DNA of 62,264 nt, counting the filler, from Globobulimina sp. (lineage: Eukaryota), in NCBI GenBank assembly GCA_003354225.1. It is 26 parts of 26 records of this genome, joined end to end, with 100 filler letters (N's around TTAATTAATTAA, not from the genome) between each part and the next. Parts side by side here need not be neighbours in the genome. Positions count along the whole stretch, not along the records: positions 23,997 to 26,295 come from PIVH01007548.1; positions 26,396 to 28,694 come from PIVH01007549.1; positions 28,795 to 31,093 come from PIVH01007550.1; positions 31,194 to 33,491 come from PIVH01007551.1; positions 33,592 to 35,889 come from PIVH01007552.1; positions 35,990 to 38,287 come from PIVH01007553.1; 20 more parts are not named here. The stretch is one strand, 5' to 3'. A program made the position numbers and the translations under genes. Below are positions 24,231 through 36,151 of the stretch, in pieces; position 1 is the stretch's first letter; each line of letters starts with the position of its first letter. The notes under the pieces were generated by a model that did not search any database, was not told the DNA's origin, and saw nothing but the letters and a program-made list of their open reading frames with translations.

Positions 24231-26295
24231 ATGTCAAAGTCTGTGACAGGTTCTCTTCTTCGATCAAAGAATCAAGAACTTGTCGTTTCACATTTCCTTC
24301 GCATGCATGGGAAAACTACATATATTCCGCAAGATATTATTGATTTGATTGTATTATTTTTTGTTCGATTTGATTTTATTTTTTCACCAAAATTGTACAA
24401 ATATTTACGACGAGAAAGTACAACATGTTGGATCAATAATTATTGTGTATTGAAATGCTGGGTCGAAAAAACTGTCAAAACAGTGTCAACGATGGGAAGG
24501 ACGTGGGTTAATGGCGCAATGCAATATGTTGATGGCGTATGGCAATGGGTTGATGGCCATGTTGCCCGCCCCGTGGATAGTTTCTGCATATTCAGCATTG
24601 AAACTGCAAAATTGTCGCAATTTATTAAGCATATCTCAATGCAATTAAATTTATATTGTAGTGAAGTGAGCCAATTCTGGACAAAGCAATTTGGTGTCGG
24701 CACACAGCAACTTTGCGTCACACAGAATTTATTCAAGCCGCTGATTATGAATCAAATCAAAACATTGCATGTTATCTGGAATACAAAATTACTGTCAATT
24801 GAATATAAACCAAATTCCATGATATACCACAAACCTCTCACAAATATTTATACATTGAATATAGATTCAAAAGAGAAGTTGGAATGGCTTATTACTGCGA
24901 CAAACGCAAAGCATATATTATTAAACAATTGTAAAGTATTAAACAATCCTATTATTCAACAAATATATTGGTATCGAAAAACATTTTATTTTCAAATGTC
25001 ATCATATCAACAAAATGCTGCAATTACATTTGTAATAAACTTATTCGGCGAAGAGAAAACCTTTCAACTCAACATTCACAACAAAAGTAAAACAAAAATA
25101 GGTATTAAATTTGATAGATTTGAGTCCGTTTATTATAAATTAAAGTTTTCAGGCAAATCAAAACCAGATATTACTACGAAAAATGATGGAAAAATCATCA
25201 TCACATTGAATTCGAAGCCATTTGGTTTTTCTCTTCATGAAGATGTCGATGGATTGAATGCAATCTGTGGCAGAGTGAAAAAAAAAGAATTGCGACGCAA
25301 ACAGTTGAAGAAAGGATTGTATATTCACAGTATTAATGATATCATAGTTGACAACAAACCTTTCGATGACATAAAATCATTGCTACGCAAATCGTTGCCA
25401 CCAACAACGATAATATTTAGTCGCCGCCCTCAATCAAATATTTCTATATCTTCTCGTTATACGGCACTGCTGTTAGTTGGCGGCTATATTCATGAAATCG
25501 AGGATAATTTGTTTGATTCGGGTATAATTATTCCGCAAATAATTAATCAAATATGTTTTCAATTTTATTTCACTTCGACGTTAATATATTGTTTAATTTC
25601 CAGGTCTGAGAGTATGGGCCATCATCCTTTGCACATTGCCGATATTAATGACGAAATGAAGAAAACATTAAAAAGTTTTGAATGTAATATTTTCTGTTTA
25701 AATGAACCAGAATGCATAGAAACTGCCATTGATAATCCATCGCCGCGCTCGTTTGGTTTATGTCGTGCAAATAATTTAAAACTACCACAGAATGTAAATA
25801 ATCAGTTATTGAGTAATTATAGCACTTTAACCTCATTTCATTCTGTTGATTATTATAACGACTCTCCAAATGTCGTATTGTTTAAAATCGGCGGTCATGA
25901 TCAATTTCACGGAGCAACGGATGAGTGCTATGCCATTATTTTAACTGACTCGCAGTTTACAATTAAAAAAGAAGAAGAACAGACCAATTCTGTCAAAGGT
26001 ATGAAATATGTATGTTGCAACTTTCTCTTTTTCAATATATATTTGTCAGAAATCGATACGTTTAGCTGGAGATTACCATCGTTACCAGTTCCAATGCAAG
26101 ATATTTGTGCATGTTTTTCAGATCGAAGGCAATCATTGATTTGTATTGGTGGTGGAAGCGGGAAAAGGATGGCTTCGAATAAAATTTATAGTTTATCATT
26201 TTCAGAGATTAGAAACAGAAACTGGTTGAATGAAGAAAATATGATAGAATGGCAACATTTGACTGATATGACAGAAAAAAGGAGAGAAGCATCAG
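24231..26295 (+). CDS. Multidomain protein: two IP-helix modules, PDZ-like domain, kelch repeats; 3'-truncated (may be two fused genes)
   Basis: KPFGFSL...GLYIHSINDIIVDNKPFDDIKSLL (PDZ-like); LFKIGG, LICIGGG, WQHLTDMTEKR (kelch); YIPQDIIDLI and IIPQIINQIC. Confidence 0.7.
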
Positions 26296-26759
26296 NNNNN
26301 NNNNNNNNNNNNNNNNNNNNNNNNNNNNNNNNNNNNNNNTTAATTAATTAANNNNNNNNNNNNNNNNNNNNNNNNNNNNNNNNNNNNNNNNNNNNTGCAG
26401 ACGGTGTGACATTAAAATTAGACTGATAAATTTCTCAATTTTCTGATCTTTTACAATTTTTGGTTTGTTTGTGTTCTTCAATCAGTGCCATGCCTATTAT
26501 CATTGCATCAAATAAACTATTAAATTTGTGCAATCTATTAGCTGTAACAAAACAGATCTTTGTTCTTTGTTCTTTGTTTTTGCTTGCAACTGAAGCTGTT
26601 TTGTATGTTCTGCAGACTCAGTAATCATCCGTTAAATTTGGAGTTAAATATAGCTCAGATACGCCACATCCGAAACTGCAATTAAATAATTATGAAATGT
26701 TGTCATTATTTTATACATTGCATAACGATTATGATTTATGAACAATAGATTTTCAACAA

Positions 26760-27395
26760 ATGGCTGATTGTTATGATGGAAAGATAATAGAAAATTTAAA
26801 AGATGAATTATCAAATATCGCTAAAAACTATAATAGATTGCAAAAATATTGTGATGGGTTGACATTAAAATGTAACAAACAACAGAAGAAAATTACATTG
26901 CTGAAAAATGTGATAAATGATTCATTCCATTGCAAACAACAAAGATGTGCGAACATATGCATTCACGAGATACAATTCAAGAGCTGGTTGTGCGATGTAG
27001 TTGGCTTAATGCAATATTTATCAGTATTTGCAAAGTATAAATGTGACCATATCGGAATGATTGAATTTTTTGATGAAGAATTTGTTAAAAACAAGTTAGG
27101 AATAAGCATCATGCCGCATTATAAATTAATATTAAAGCGAGTCGATGAATTTAAAGCAAATATGAATGAATTCAATCATTTGCTGCAAAATAATAAACGT
27201 TTAAACAAATATGAACATAAATTTATTGAACTTGGCATATTAACCTTGCAAATGTTAAGAAATGATATACAAAAAGAACAAAATGTGAAGAATTTTTTCA
27301 ATGCAGAAGAACGAGCGCAAATAATGAGCATTCTAAATAATGAAAGTGAGAACAAGGAAGGATTGATAACTGAGCAAATCACATATTGCTGCTGA
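26760..27395 (+). CDS. Coiled-coil plus SAM-domain protein (upstream exons possible)
   Basis: FKSWLCDVVGLMQYLSVF...LGISIMPHYKLILKRV is SAM-like; second SAM-like LNKYEHKFIELGILTLQML. Confidence 0.7.
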   Translation: MADCYDGKIIENLKDELSNIAKNYNRLQKYCDGLTLKCNKQQKKITLLKNVINDSFHCKQQRCANICIHEIQFKSWLCDVVGLMQYLSVFAKYKCDHIGMIEFFDEEFVKNKLGISIMPHYKLILKRVDEFKANMNEFNHLLQNNKRLNKYEHKFIELGILTLQMLRNDIQKEQNVKNFFNAEERAQIMSILNNESENKEGLITEQITYCC

Positions 27396-27562
27396 TTAAA
27401 GGGTTTCCACCGCCCCCATATTTAAACTGTTTATTTACATATTTTATAAATGTGTGTATCTGATATTCTAATATAATCTGTTGCATTTATTTATATTTTA
27501 TCTTGTATTTGGGGTAACACATCAGTTGGGGTTTTTGAATATAACATTTACATTTTACAAAC

Positions 27563-28318
27563 ATGGGCTCTTTAGTTTGCAACTCCTCGACACAGGAAAT
27601 AAGCATACTGATGATTGGCTTAGATTGTTGTGGTAAAACAACCCTCTTAAAATATATGAAATGTGGTGAGTTAGATACATCATTACTTCAAACCATTGGA
27701 TTTACCGTTGAAACGATACTATATAAAAAGAAAGCATTTACAATATGGGATGCTAGTGGTAAGGCTAAAATGCGTGTATTATGGAAACATTATTATAGCA
27801 TGGGAGGGGTACAAGTGTTAATATGGGTGGTTGATGCAAATGGGAGGGATAGAATCAATGCGTATGGATCGTACGTATACAATGGAAAATCATCGTGCGA
27901 TGAACTACATTATGTGCTGAATGACAAGCTACTTCCGAATGACATCATTGTTTTAATATGTTGCTATAAGTGGCCGTGTCCGAATGAAATGTCCATTGTA
28001 GAGATAGCAGAAAAGTTACAGGTAAACACAATTAAACAACCTTTTTGTATGCAGGTAATCAATTTGGCACAAGATGGAGAGGGAGTGTATGAAGGGTTGG
28101 ATTTGATTATTTCAATGTTAAATGCTGAACGTAAAGGTGTCAGTTTCTACAAAAAGGATGATTGGCAAACTTGGATAAATGGGACAAATTATACAGTGAA
28201 ATACAACAAAAGACGCAAGATGTCGGTCTTAGGCTGGATAAGAAATAACAACGTTTACAAATTGAATATTCCTTTGGAGTTAACCGTCATAATTTATCAA
28301 TTTCTAATCTATTGTTGA
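27563..28318 (+). CDS. Divergent Arf/Arl GTPase with C-terminal extension
   Basis: MG start, GLDCCGKTT, TIGFTVET, WDASG, LWKHYY, WVVDA; G4 degenerate (CYKWP instead of NKQD). Confidence 0.88.
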   Translation: MGSLVCNSSTQEISILMIGLDCCGKTTLLKYMKCGELDTSLLQTIGFTVETILYKKKAFTIWDASGKAKMRVLWKHYYSMGGVQVLIWVVDANGRDRINAYGSYVYNGKSSCDELHYVLNDKLLPNDIIVLICCYKWPCPNEMSIVEIAEKLQVNTIKQPFCMQVINLAQDGEGVYEGLDLIISMLNAERKGVSFYKKDDWQTWINGTNYTVKYNKRRKMSVLGWIRNNNVYKLNIPLELTVIIYQFLIYC

Positions 28319-28530
28319 TCAAATGGCTGCACGAGTGTCATCTGGAAACTTGCTTCTTTTATCCTCGCTCACAATTTCAACTTTGGTCTGGGGTCTGTAA
28401 AAATTTTCAAGTGGAAGTGATGCAGTTACGATGCAGCTGCACAATAAATGAATAATCAACAGCTATCCCGATTAATCGCAACTTTAATCATTTAATTATC
28501 CGACACAAATAAACAACTAAAACAAGTGGA

Positions 28531-28694
28531 ATGTCTCGGTTCCTGAAAATTGCAAAACTGACTAATAAACAGTATGGATATACCAACAAAGTGTATGTAA
28601 ATCCAAAAGAATTAGAAGCTTTGGGGGTTGTTGACAATGACATTGTTGTAATCAATGATAGAATTTGTTACCAAATTACGATTGATTCATCGTT
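28531..28694 (+). CDS. NSF/Sec18-like (CDC48-N type) N-terminal fragment
   Basis: MSRFLKIAKLTNKQYGYTNKVYVNPKEL resembles the NSF N-domain start (x-TN-xx-Y/V-xN/S-P-x-D/E). Confidence 0.5.
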
Positions 28695-28794
28695 NNNNNN
28701 NNNNNNNNNNNNNNNNNNNNNNNNNNNNNNNNNNNNNNTTAATTAATTAANNNNNNNNNNNNNNNNNNNNNNNNNNNNNNNNNNNNNNNNNNNN

Positions 28795-30914
28795 CAAATC
28801 AAAGCTTTTATAATCTAAAAATACGCGAATGTCACGATATAATATCTGTTTTGCATGAGATTGAGGTAACAATTTGTTTAAACGGGAGGACAAATCAAAG
28901 ATAAAATCGCGTATAAAATTGAGGGTATTAATGAGATTCCATTTTGATTTAAATAATGACGTCAACTCAGTGGTTGGTGATAATTTATCAATGAATTTCA
29001 TTGAATTATTGACGTATTTACAAATTCGATAAGTAAGGGCAATAAAAGAAAAATTTGGTTGAACCATGCCATTAATAAATTTAATAATTTGTACGTAGGA
29101 TAAAATGGTGTCCGATTCTTTGACGGATGACTGGATTTTTGCAGAATTTGATGGTGCCGATAAATTCATTAAATGTTTAAGGGTTAAAGGCTCTGAAAGT
29201 TATGGTCAAATTTAAAGTTTGTGTATGTTTGTCAGAATTTGGTGTTTCTCAGAAATTAGGAAGTTTGCATTGAAAAATTTGTATGCATTTCAGAAACGTT
29301 TTAATGAAAATACAGAGAAGAGGGTAGCCACAGAATGCCGCTCCATTTTCTTCAATGTAAAAAGGAGAGAAAAATAACAAAAGTTGCACCATTTTCCGTG
29401 CTTTCAATAGAAAGAAGGGGTCAATCCAAGCAAACTAAAGAAGAAAAATAGTGGTTCTGATGAGATACATCTCCCCCAAACAGAAATATATATAGAAAGG
29501 AAAGAATACCTTCCAAGTCTTGGACGATATCACGACCGGTGATTTTCCGGCCATTTTCAGTTAAATTCGAGTTGATTAATTTATTGATGATGGAAACCTC
29601 GGCATTGACCACCTGATTGACTGCCAAGTTTACCATCGTCAGAACACAATCTTGCTTCTTCTTTTTGTCAACGCCTGGAGCAGACAACAAATATTTGTCC
29701 ATCGTAATAAGGCGCTGCAAATTATTGGTATTCGGGTTAAATTGCAATGGCGGTTTGTTGGCATAATTTTTCCGATCCAATTCTCGTTTTAGGTTGAAAT
29801 GTTGCTGTCGAACTTGCTCTGAAATGGAAGATCTGAATGAATCCAAATCAGCTTTTGTGATGGCATTGGCATCGGAAACGGGCCGAGAAGGCGGTGCAAT
29901 AAAATCAGGAATTCTAAATCGTGAATGTGCCGCAGTGGAAGAGGTGGCCTGTTTCGACTCTGTTTCCTCAGCTTGGCGGCCTTTGTTTGGTTTCCGTCTC
30001 TTTGGAGGGCGTTTTGGTGAATTCGTGGGTGAGAGGTCGCGTTTTTTATTGGTATTACTACTTTGTGGCGAATATCGATCAATGATTAATGGCGGAATTT
30101 GGCGGTCTTTCAATATCAGGGGAAATTTGCGCAAATTGGTGAGATTGATCTTTTTATCAATAACACCGCGTTTGATTAATCGGCTGCGGATATTTGGGTC
30201 AATTTGCTTCAAAAATTCACGGACTTGATCATGGTTTGCGACATTTGCAATCTTCTGAATACTGTCAATCAACGGCGAACTGACAGGGAGTGATAATTCG
30301 AAATTGAATAAGGTCATATTGGCGGAGATGGCGGATAAAACGGTGGACCGTTTGATATCAGTATTTCCGCTAAGTTTCGCGATCTCGTCGACTTCGGTAA
30401 GGACAGAGTTAATAAAATTATCGTAATTTGTTTCCATTGCTTCTTTGAAAGGGTCAGATATGATGGTTTGCTGTGAGTTAATTAAGTTAATCAAACCATT
30501 TGTCTCTTGGGTTAATTCTGTTTGTGTAGTTTGTGAGTTATCAGAAGAGAGAGAGAGGATAGACGGCGTTTTATTTGATGTAGGATTGGTGGAATGGAGG
30601 GAATAACTGAGGCCATCAAAGAGGTCACCATTTGGTGAGTCCTCCTCGTTCTCAACCTCTTCCTGACTGTGCGATAACATTAAATTGTCATTGTCATCAT
30701 CACTGTCATCGGTAAATGTGGCGTTATCACTATTTAAGAATTGTAATGCGTCTAAATCGCGGATTTCTTCATAGTTTGCATAGTCTGTGGAGCCGGAAAA
30801 CGTTTTATAATCGTCATTGGAGAAAGGGGCAGCACATAAAAGCAATAAATCATGAACGCTTCCAATTTGTGTGCCTGATTGGGCACGTTTAAAAGTTGAT
30901 GAAGTTTCAAACAC
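28795..30914 (-). mobile_element. Two tandem ORFs of unknown function, possibly the ORF1/ORF2 start of a transposable element
   Basis: Long low-complexity ORF (acidic N-terminus, KRPPKRRKP, RFRIP) followed by a second ORF on the same strand, downstream of a strongly self-complementary contig end; no diagnostic domain seen. Confidence 0.3.
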
Positions 30915-31673
30915 ACAGAGTTTTTCACTTCAACATACACACAAAAATACACACTCAAAATAAGCAGATCTTCTTCTCAGGTTTGAAAATATGGAATATA
31001 TATATATGATCAAAGTCTCTATGGAGACACACATATATGTAGTTGTGTGATCATATCATATATATATAGATATGATCAAAATCGCTAGGTACANNNNNNN
31101 NNNNNNNNNNNNNNNNNNNNNNNNNNNNNNNNNNNNNTTAATTAATTAANNNNNNNNNNNNNNNNNNNNNNNNNNNNNNNNNNNNNNNNNNNNCGATTTG
31201 CAAAATATACACGAATGAGACAGATAAAATATCGATTGAAATAATTGTACTTAACTTCATCTATTTAATTTTGATAATTCAGAAAAAAACAAAAAAAACT
31301 TCTTAATGGGAATACAAAAACAATTGCAAATCGATCTAATATAATTTTGTATTCTATCAACAATTGCACTTTAAGTAAGTCATAATAATATATACAAGAA
31401 TGTTCCAAATCCAACAAACCATTCATTTCATTATTGTGGATTCTGTAACGTTGTTTGTATCAATATGACTGCTCTTGTATATGCGTGTACGTTCTTGTTG
31501 TATTTATATGCACCTTGCGCCGCCATGGCCACACCACACAAAAAAGTTATATTTATCTTTATGTTTACTAGCTTTGCTTAGCTTGAATCAAAAACTCTTC
31601 TGACTCGATCCTTAAAACCAACAGACAAACAACGTAAGTGCAAAATACAGAGTACTTAGTACTCATTATCAGG

Positions 31674-32894
31674 ATGACTGAATTAGAAAAACAAATGGAG
31701 AGTGCGCATGAGCTCTCGGGAGATATAGAATTAGAAGAAACTACAACTATTAAGATAGCTGGAGCCGGAGCTGGAGCTGAAGCTGAAGTAAATTCTGTCG
31801 ATGGCGATCTCTCTGAATTTTTGGCAGATGCATTTAGATGGTTAGAACCCTTCCTTTATTATTCCCCAACATGGATTCCAAAAAAATCAAACAACAAAAC
31901 GATGAAAATTTATTTTGGATTATTATCAGTGAGCGTTGGAATTGTTTTACTTTGGTTTGCATTGCAATTTTTTTTCCAAATCACCCGCTGGTATTTATAT
32001 AGCAATATTGATAATATTATCTGGTGCTGTTACATTGTATTTATTACGTCGGCCAGACTTCTCTCAATTATTTATTGTCACAAATATTTTAGTTGGCCCT
32101 GGAAATATGAATTCGAATCTTACCAATTCGAATTTGAAAATCATGTGCAATCATTGCCTGCGTACAAGAAATGGATTACAGGATGCAAGAGATTGGCTAT
32201 TTCGGTAGCTATTTGTTACGTTGTTATCGATTTCATTGTGGTATGGCTGGAAACCACAGCATTGTTGCCTTATTATCACGATTCACTGTTAAACTATATT
32301 GCGATGAAATTTATGTGCAGAGTTTTTTTTTTATATCCTCAATTTATTGCTACTATCATTCAATCGGTCGTACTCTTAAAATATTGTTTATGTTTGCATG
32401 AGTTGTATGAAAATATGAATATCTCGATGGCCAACGTTGATTTGCAAGATATATATGAGCATTATGCGAAATTATATAAATTATTCAAAAAAGATTATCA
32501 TTGGACATTAGCATACTCAGTGCAGTTCTATTTAGCTGCGGAAATATTGTTCTTTTGGGACAGTTTGAATTTTATCGGTGCGTTTGTGATGTTTTTTATT
32601 GCAGTGAGAGAATTGCCAGTATTCGTGCTTTATTTTTATGCAGCTTCCATTTTAGATGCTGTCCACAGACAGTTTGCAAAGGCGTTATGGGAAAATGCGC
32701 ATTTTTGCTTAGCTAATAAAGAAAAGGCATGTTATTATAATTATATTTTGCATTATATCCAAAAATATCCTATTTATTTACGATTTGGATCAGTAATTGT
32801 GTCAAGAAAGAATGTGCTTAAGTTTAGTATTGGTTTGCCCGCTGCGAGAGCCATATCATTTGGGCTTAGACATTGGATACAGGAAAATTATTGA
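31674..32894 (+). CDS. Gustatory-receptor-like 7TM ion channel superfamily protein (7TMIC/GRL)
   Basis: About seven hydrophobic helices, no signal peptide, long loop after helix 4, C-terminal YILHYIQKYPIYLRFGSVIVSRKNVLKF; apparent 5'-UTR intron just before the ATG. Confidence 0.65.
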   Translation: MTELEKQMESAHELSGDIELEETTTIKIAGAGAGAEAEVNSVDGDLSEFLADAFRWLEPFLYYSPTWIPKKSNNKTMKIYFGLLSVSVGIVLLWFALQFFFQITRWYLYSNIDNIIWCCYIVFITSARLLSIIYCHKYFSWPWKYEFESYQFEFENHVQSLPAYKKWITGCKRLAISVAICYVVIDFIVVWLETTALLPYYHDSLLNYIAMKFMCRVFFLYPQFIATIIQSVVLLKYCLCLHELYENMNISMANVDLQDIYEHYAKLYKLFKKDYHWTLAYSVQFYLAAEILFFWDSLNFIGAFVMFFIAVRELPVFVLYFYAASILDAVHRQFAKALWENAHFCLANKEKACYYNYILHYIQKYPIYLRFGSVIVSRKNVLKFSIGLPAARAISFGLRHWIQENY

Positions 32895-33257
32895 ATTTTG
32901 TCTTGTTTTGTGTTGTTTTTCCTTGTTATATATTGATTTGTGTTTTTTTTGTATGATGTATTACTGTATTTTTGCCACCACACTTATTAAATCCGTACAC
33001 TCCCTTTATTTCTGTTATTATTGTCAACTCCTATTGTTTCTGTTTTTGATTTGTGTTTTGTAGACAATTAAATTAATTGACAAAATTAATAAAAGTGTTT
33101 TTCTGCACATTCGATAACGGAGGTTGTTTGCATCTGTCGTTGTTGACATATTCTTAATCACAAGTTTTTGAAATCCAATCCAATATTTATATCGTTGATA
33201 GTGATGCTATGCATATCAAAACATTTCCGGTGTCTCATTTTCGGTATCTCTGTGTTT

Positions 33258-33491
33258 TCATAAAAAGCAGTGGCTAAATACTTGTTCCCAGGCTGGACCG
33301 CCAGAATTACCACCGACAAAATCTCCGGTTTGCGTCACCATGGAATTATAATATATTTGGTAATCAAATCGCATCCATTGATGTTGCAGCACTTCGCCTT
33401 TGTCCACGGGATAGCCATTCACGCCAAACACAGACGATGTGGTGATATAATTATTATAACCAAACGAAAACCATCCATATCCCGTATCTGC
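33258..33491 (-). CDS. Trypsin-fold serine protease (V8/glutamyl endopeptidase-like), C-terminal fragment
   Basis: Own translation: TGYGWFSFGY...VNGYPVDK...GDFVGGNSGGPAW; missed by the ORF track. Confidence 0.8.
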   Translation of the reverse strand, partial: ADTGYGWFSFGYNNYITTSSVFGVNGYPVDKGEVLQHQWMRFDYQIYYNSMVTQTGDFVGGNSGGPAWEQVFSHCFL

Positions 33492-33591
33492 NNNNNNNNN
33501 NNNNNNNNNNNNNNNNNNNNNNNNNNNNNNNNNNNTTAATTAATTAANNNNNNNNNNNNNNNNNNNNNNNNNNNNNNNNNNNNNNNNNNNN

Positions 33592-35032
33592 AGCGACGAT
33601 GATGAAAAATTGCAACAGGAACAGGTATCAAACTTTGTCAAGGGAGAGAAATATATTTTGATTGATGCTGGGGGTGGTACCGCCGATATAGGTATGATTT
33701 CAGTCTCATATTGCAACATAAACAGCATTTTAAAATATATTTTTTTGATGTAATTCAGCCTGTCATGAAATCTTGAGCGAATATGGTGAGTATGGCGTGA
33801 AAGAAATATTGGAACCATCAGGTGGGCGATGGTGAAGCTGCTATATTGACGATAAATTTATTAGTTTATTAAACGACATATTTACAGCAGAATGGATTGC
33901 TGAGCTTAAACAGGAAGCGGCCAATATTTTCACAGAATTAGTGGATAATTTCCAAGCTGCAAAAGCTACATTTTATGCTGAAAAGAAAGATGGATATAAT
34001 GTTCGCATTCCAATGGACTTTATTGCCTTTATTCAGGATAAACTGGATGATGACAATGAGACAATGGATTCTGACAACGATGTGGAGATTGAAGATGTTG
34101 TGTCTGTGTGCACTGTATTTGGGAAAGCAAAGTTAAGTTAGATTGTTATTAATATATTGCAGTTGCACACATATCAGGAATCTGGCAAACAATGCGGATT
34201 CTTGACAGTTTGTTAGTTTGTTAGATTCCGGAATGTATTGCAAATTGATCATACATAATGCAACATACATAGTATGGTGTCATTGAAGGATGGATATCTG
34301 ACCATTAGTTTTGAAGGATGGGAAACGATGTTCAATCATGTTATAGAGCCAATTGTTGGTCATGTTAAAAAATTGTTGACTGGCTCAACTTTAATGAGCC
34401 ACTGTAAATGGCTATGTTTGGTGGGCGGACTGTCGACTTCTCCATATTTCCAAGCCAGACTAAATGAAGAGTTTGGCGCTAAATCAAAGTATGGATTACA
34501 TTTAATCATACCACAAAGGCCAATTTTATCGGTGGTGGAGGGAGCTGCTTATTTTGGGATCACTCCCAATTTTATAAAAGCCAGGCGATTGAGGTATACG
34601 TATGGAGTGATCATGACATTGACTGAGGAGCATGCAAAGGATAGAGATGTTCCATTGCATCATATTGCAAGCAACAGAGTGTATGATGAATATGAGAGGA
34701 AGTGGCGAGTTGATGATTGTTTCAAAGTGATTGCACGCAAAAATGAGGAAATCTATGTAGGACAAATCAAACGAATGGTGGGGAAAAGAGCAAAACCAAC
34801 CACTAAAAATGTAAGGACAGTGATAATGCGGAGTATGATGGAACATCCCACGATAAAAGAACATGGCACATTGTTAGGGGACGTTACTGTTAAATTTCCA
34901 AATGTGGATAAAACGGATATGGACTGTACTTTGGAGTTTCATTTTTATGACACTGTAATCAAAGCAGTAGTGTACAGAGATAAAGACCCAACTGATAAAT
35001 CCGAGATATTAATTACAAAAATCCCATTTTAA
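33592..35032 (+). CDS. HSPA12-like atypical Hsp70, C-terminal part, two introns, in-frame TGA at 33833-33835
   Basis: YILIDAGGGTADI, PSGGRW*SCYID, LCLVGGLSTSPY, IIPQRPILSVVEGAAYFG, RRLRYTYG. Confidence 0.88.
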
Positions 35033-35108
35033 AAAAACTTGTCAGTTCAGCATCTATTTCAACATCATCAAGTCACGCAGAGCAACTTATCCATTGAAAG
35101 GCCAGAGC

Positions 35109-35889
35109 ATGATGCTACGTTCACGTGATAATTCCAAAAATGCTCATCCACGCACTGGAATCCAAACAGATGAGGTCATTCAACAGTCATCGTCCACTAA
35201 ATACTGTATATTGGCCTGTGTGTTATTCACCATCGTAATCATTTATCTAGGATTCAGAGACAGTAACACCGACATAATCACATCCACTGTAAGCACACTC
35301 AAAGAATCAGGCAATACTGGGCCAAAAGTATTGGATGATTTAAATCCGATCGACACTCAAAAACTGCAACGTTTAATGCACCGCGCAAATGATATGGTGT
35401 CACAAGTAGGTGGTTTTCAAAACATATTAAATCAAAGAGCAGGTACCTTGGATGAAGGTATGATGTGTAACATGTTACAATTAATTAATATGAAAACATC
35501 CTCGCACTTCTATGTAGAATTTGGCTCTGTCACTGATTCAAATGCACCGCTACCGGAACCTGTGCATATCGCGGATACAAAGGAAGTGTCATTTACATTA
35601 TCTGTCACATCATTGCCTAGTGCCCCGGGCAAACAATCGGACATATTTATACGACAAAGCTATCCATTAAATACATTTTCACATACTTTTGTCTTGATAT
35701 TCCTTCATGGCGCGGCATATTCCAGTGCAACATGGTCGGAGTTGGGTATATTGCAATCCTTAGCAGAAGAGGGATATGTTAGTTATGCATTGGATGTACC
35801 AAATTATGGACAGAGTGTCCAGACTCCGGCAAATGATAATAAATGGTTGAGGTAAGCAATGAGTGTTTTTCTTTTATGTTTTAATGCTG
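35109..35889 (+). CDS. ABHD14-like alpha/beta hydrolase with N-terminal TM anchor, 3'-truncated
   Basis: LIFLHGAAYSSATWSELGILQSLAEEGY..ALDVPNYGQS; TM YCILACVLFTIVIIYLGF. Confidence 0.8.
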
Positions 35890-36151
35890 NNNNNNNNNNN
35901 NNNNNNNNNNNNNNNNNNNNNNNNNNNNNNNNNTTAATTAATTAANNNNNNNNNNNNNNNNNNNNNNNNNNNNNNNNNNNNNNNNNNNNGCCATTTGCTG
36001 GTACATATTGACAACAATTCTGTGAGCAATTACACTCTTCTGATACTACCATATGTACATAAATAACAAATATAAGAACAACGAACATGTGATGTACAAC
36101 AGTTTTTTCCTTGATTGAAAAACACTTTTTAGAAAATTATTATTATACAAA

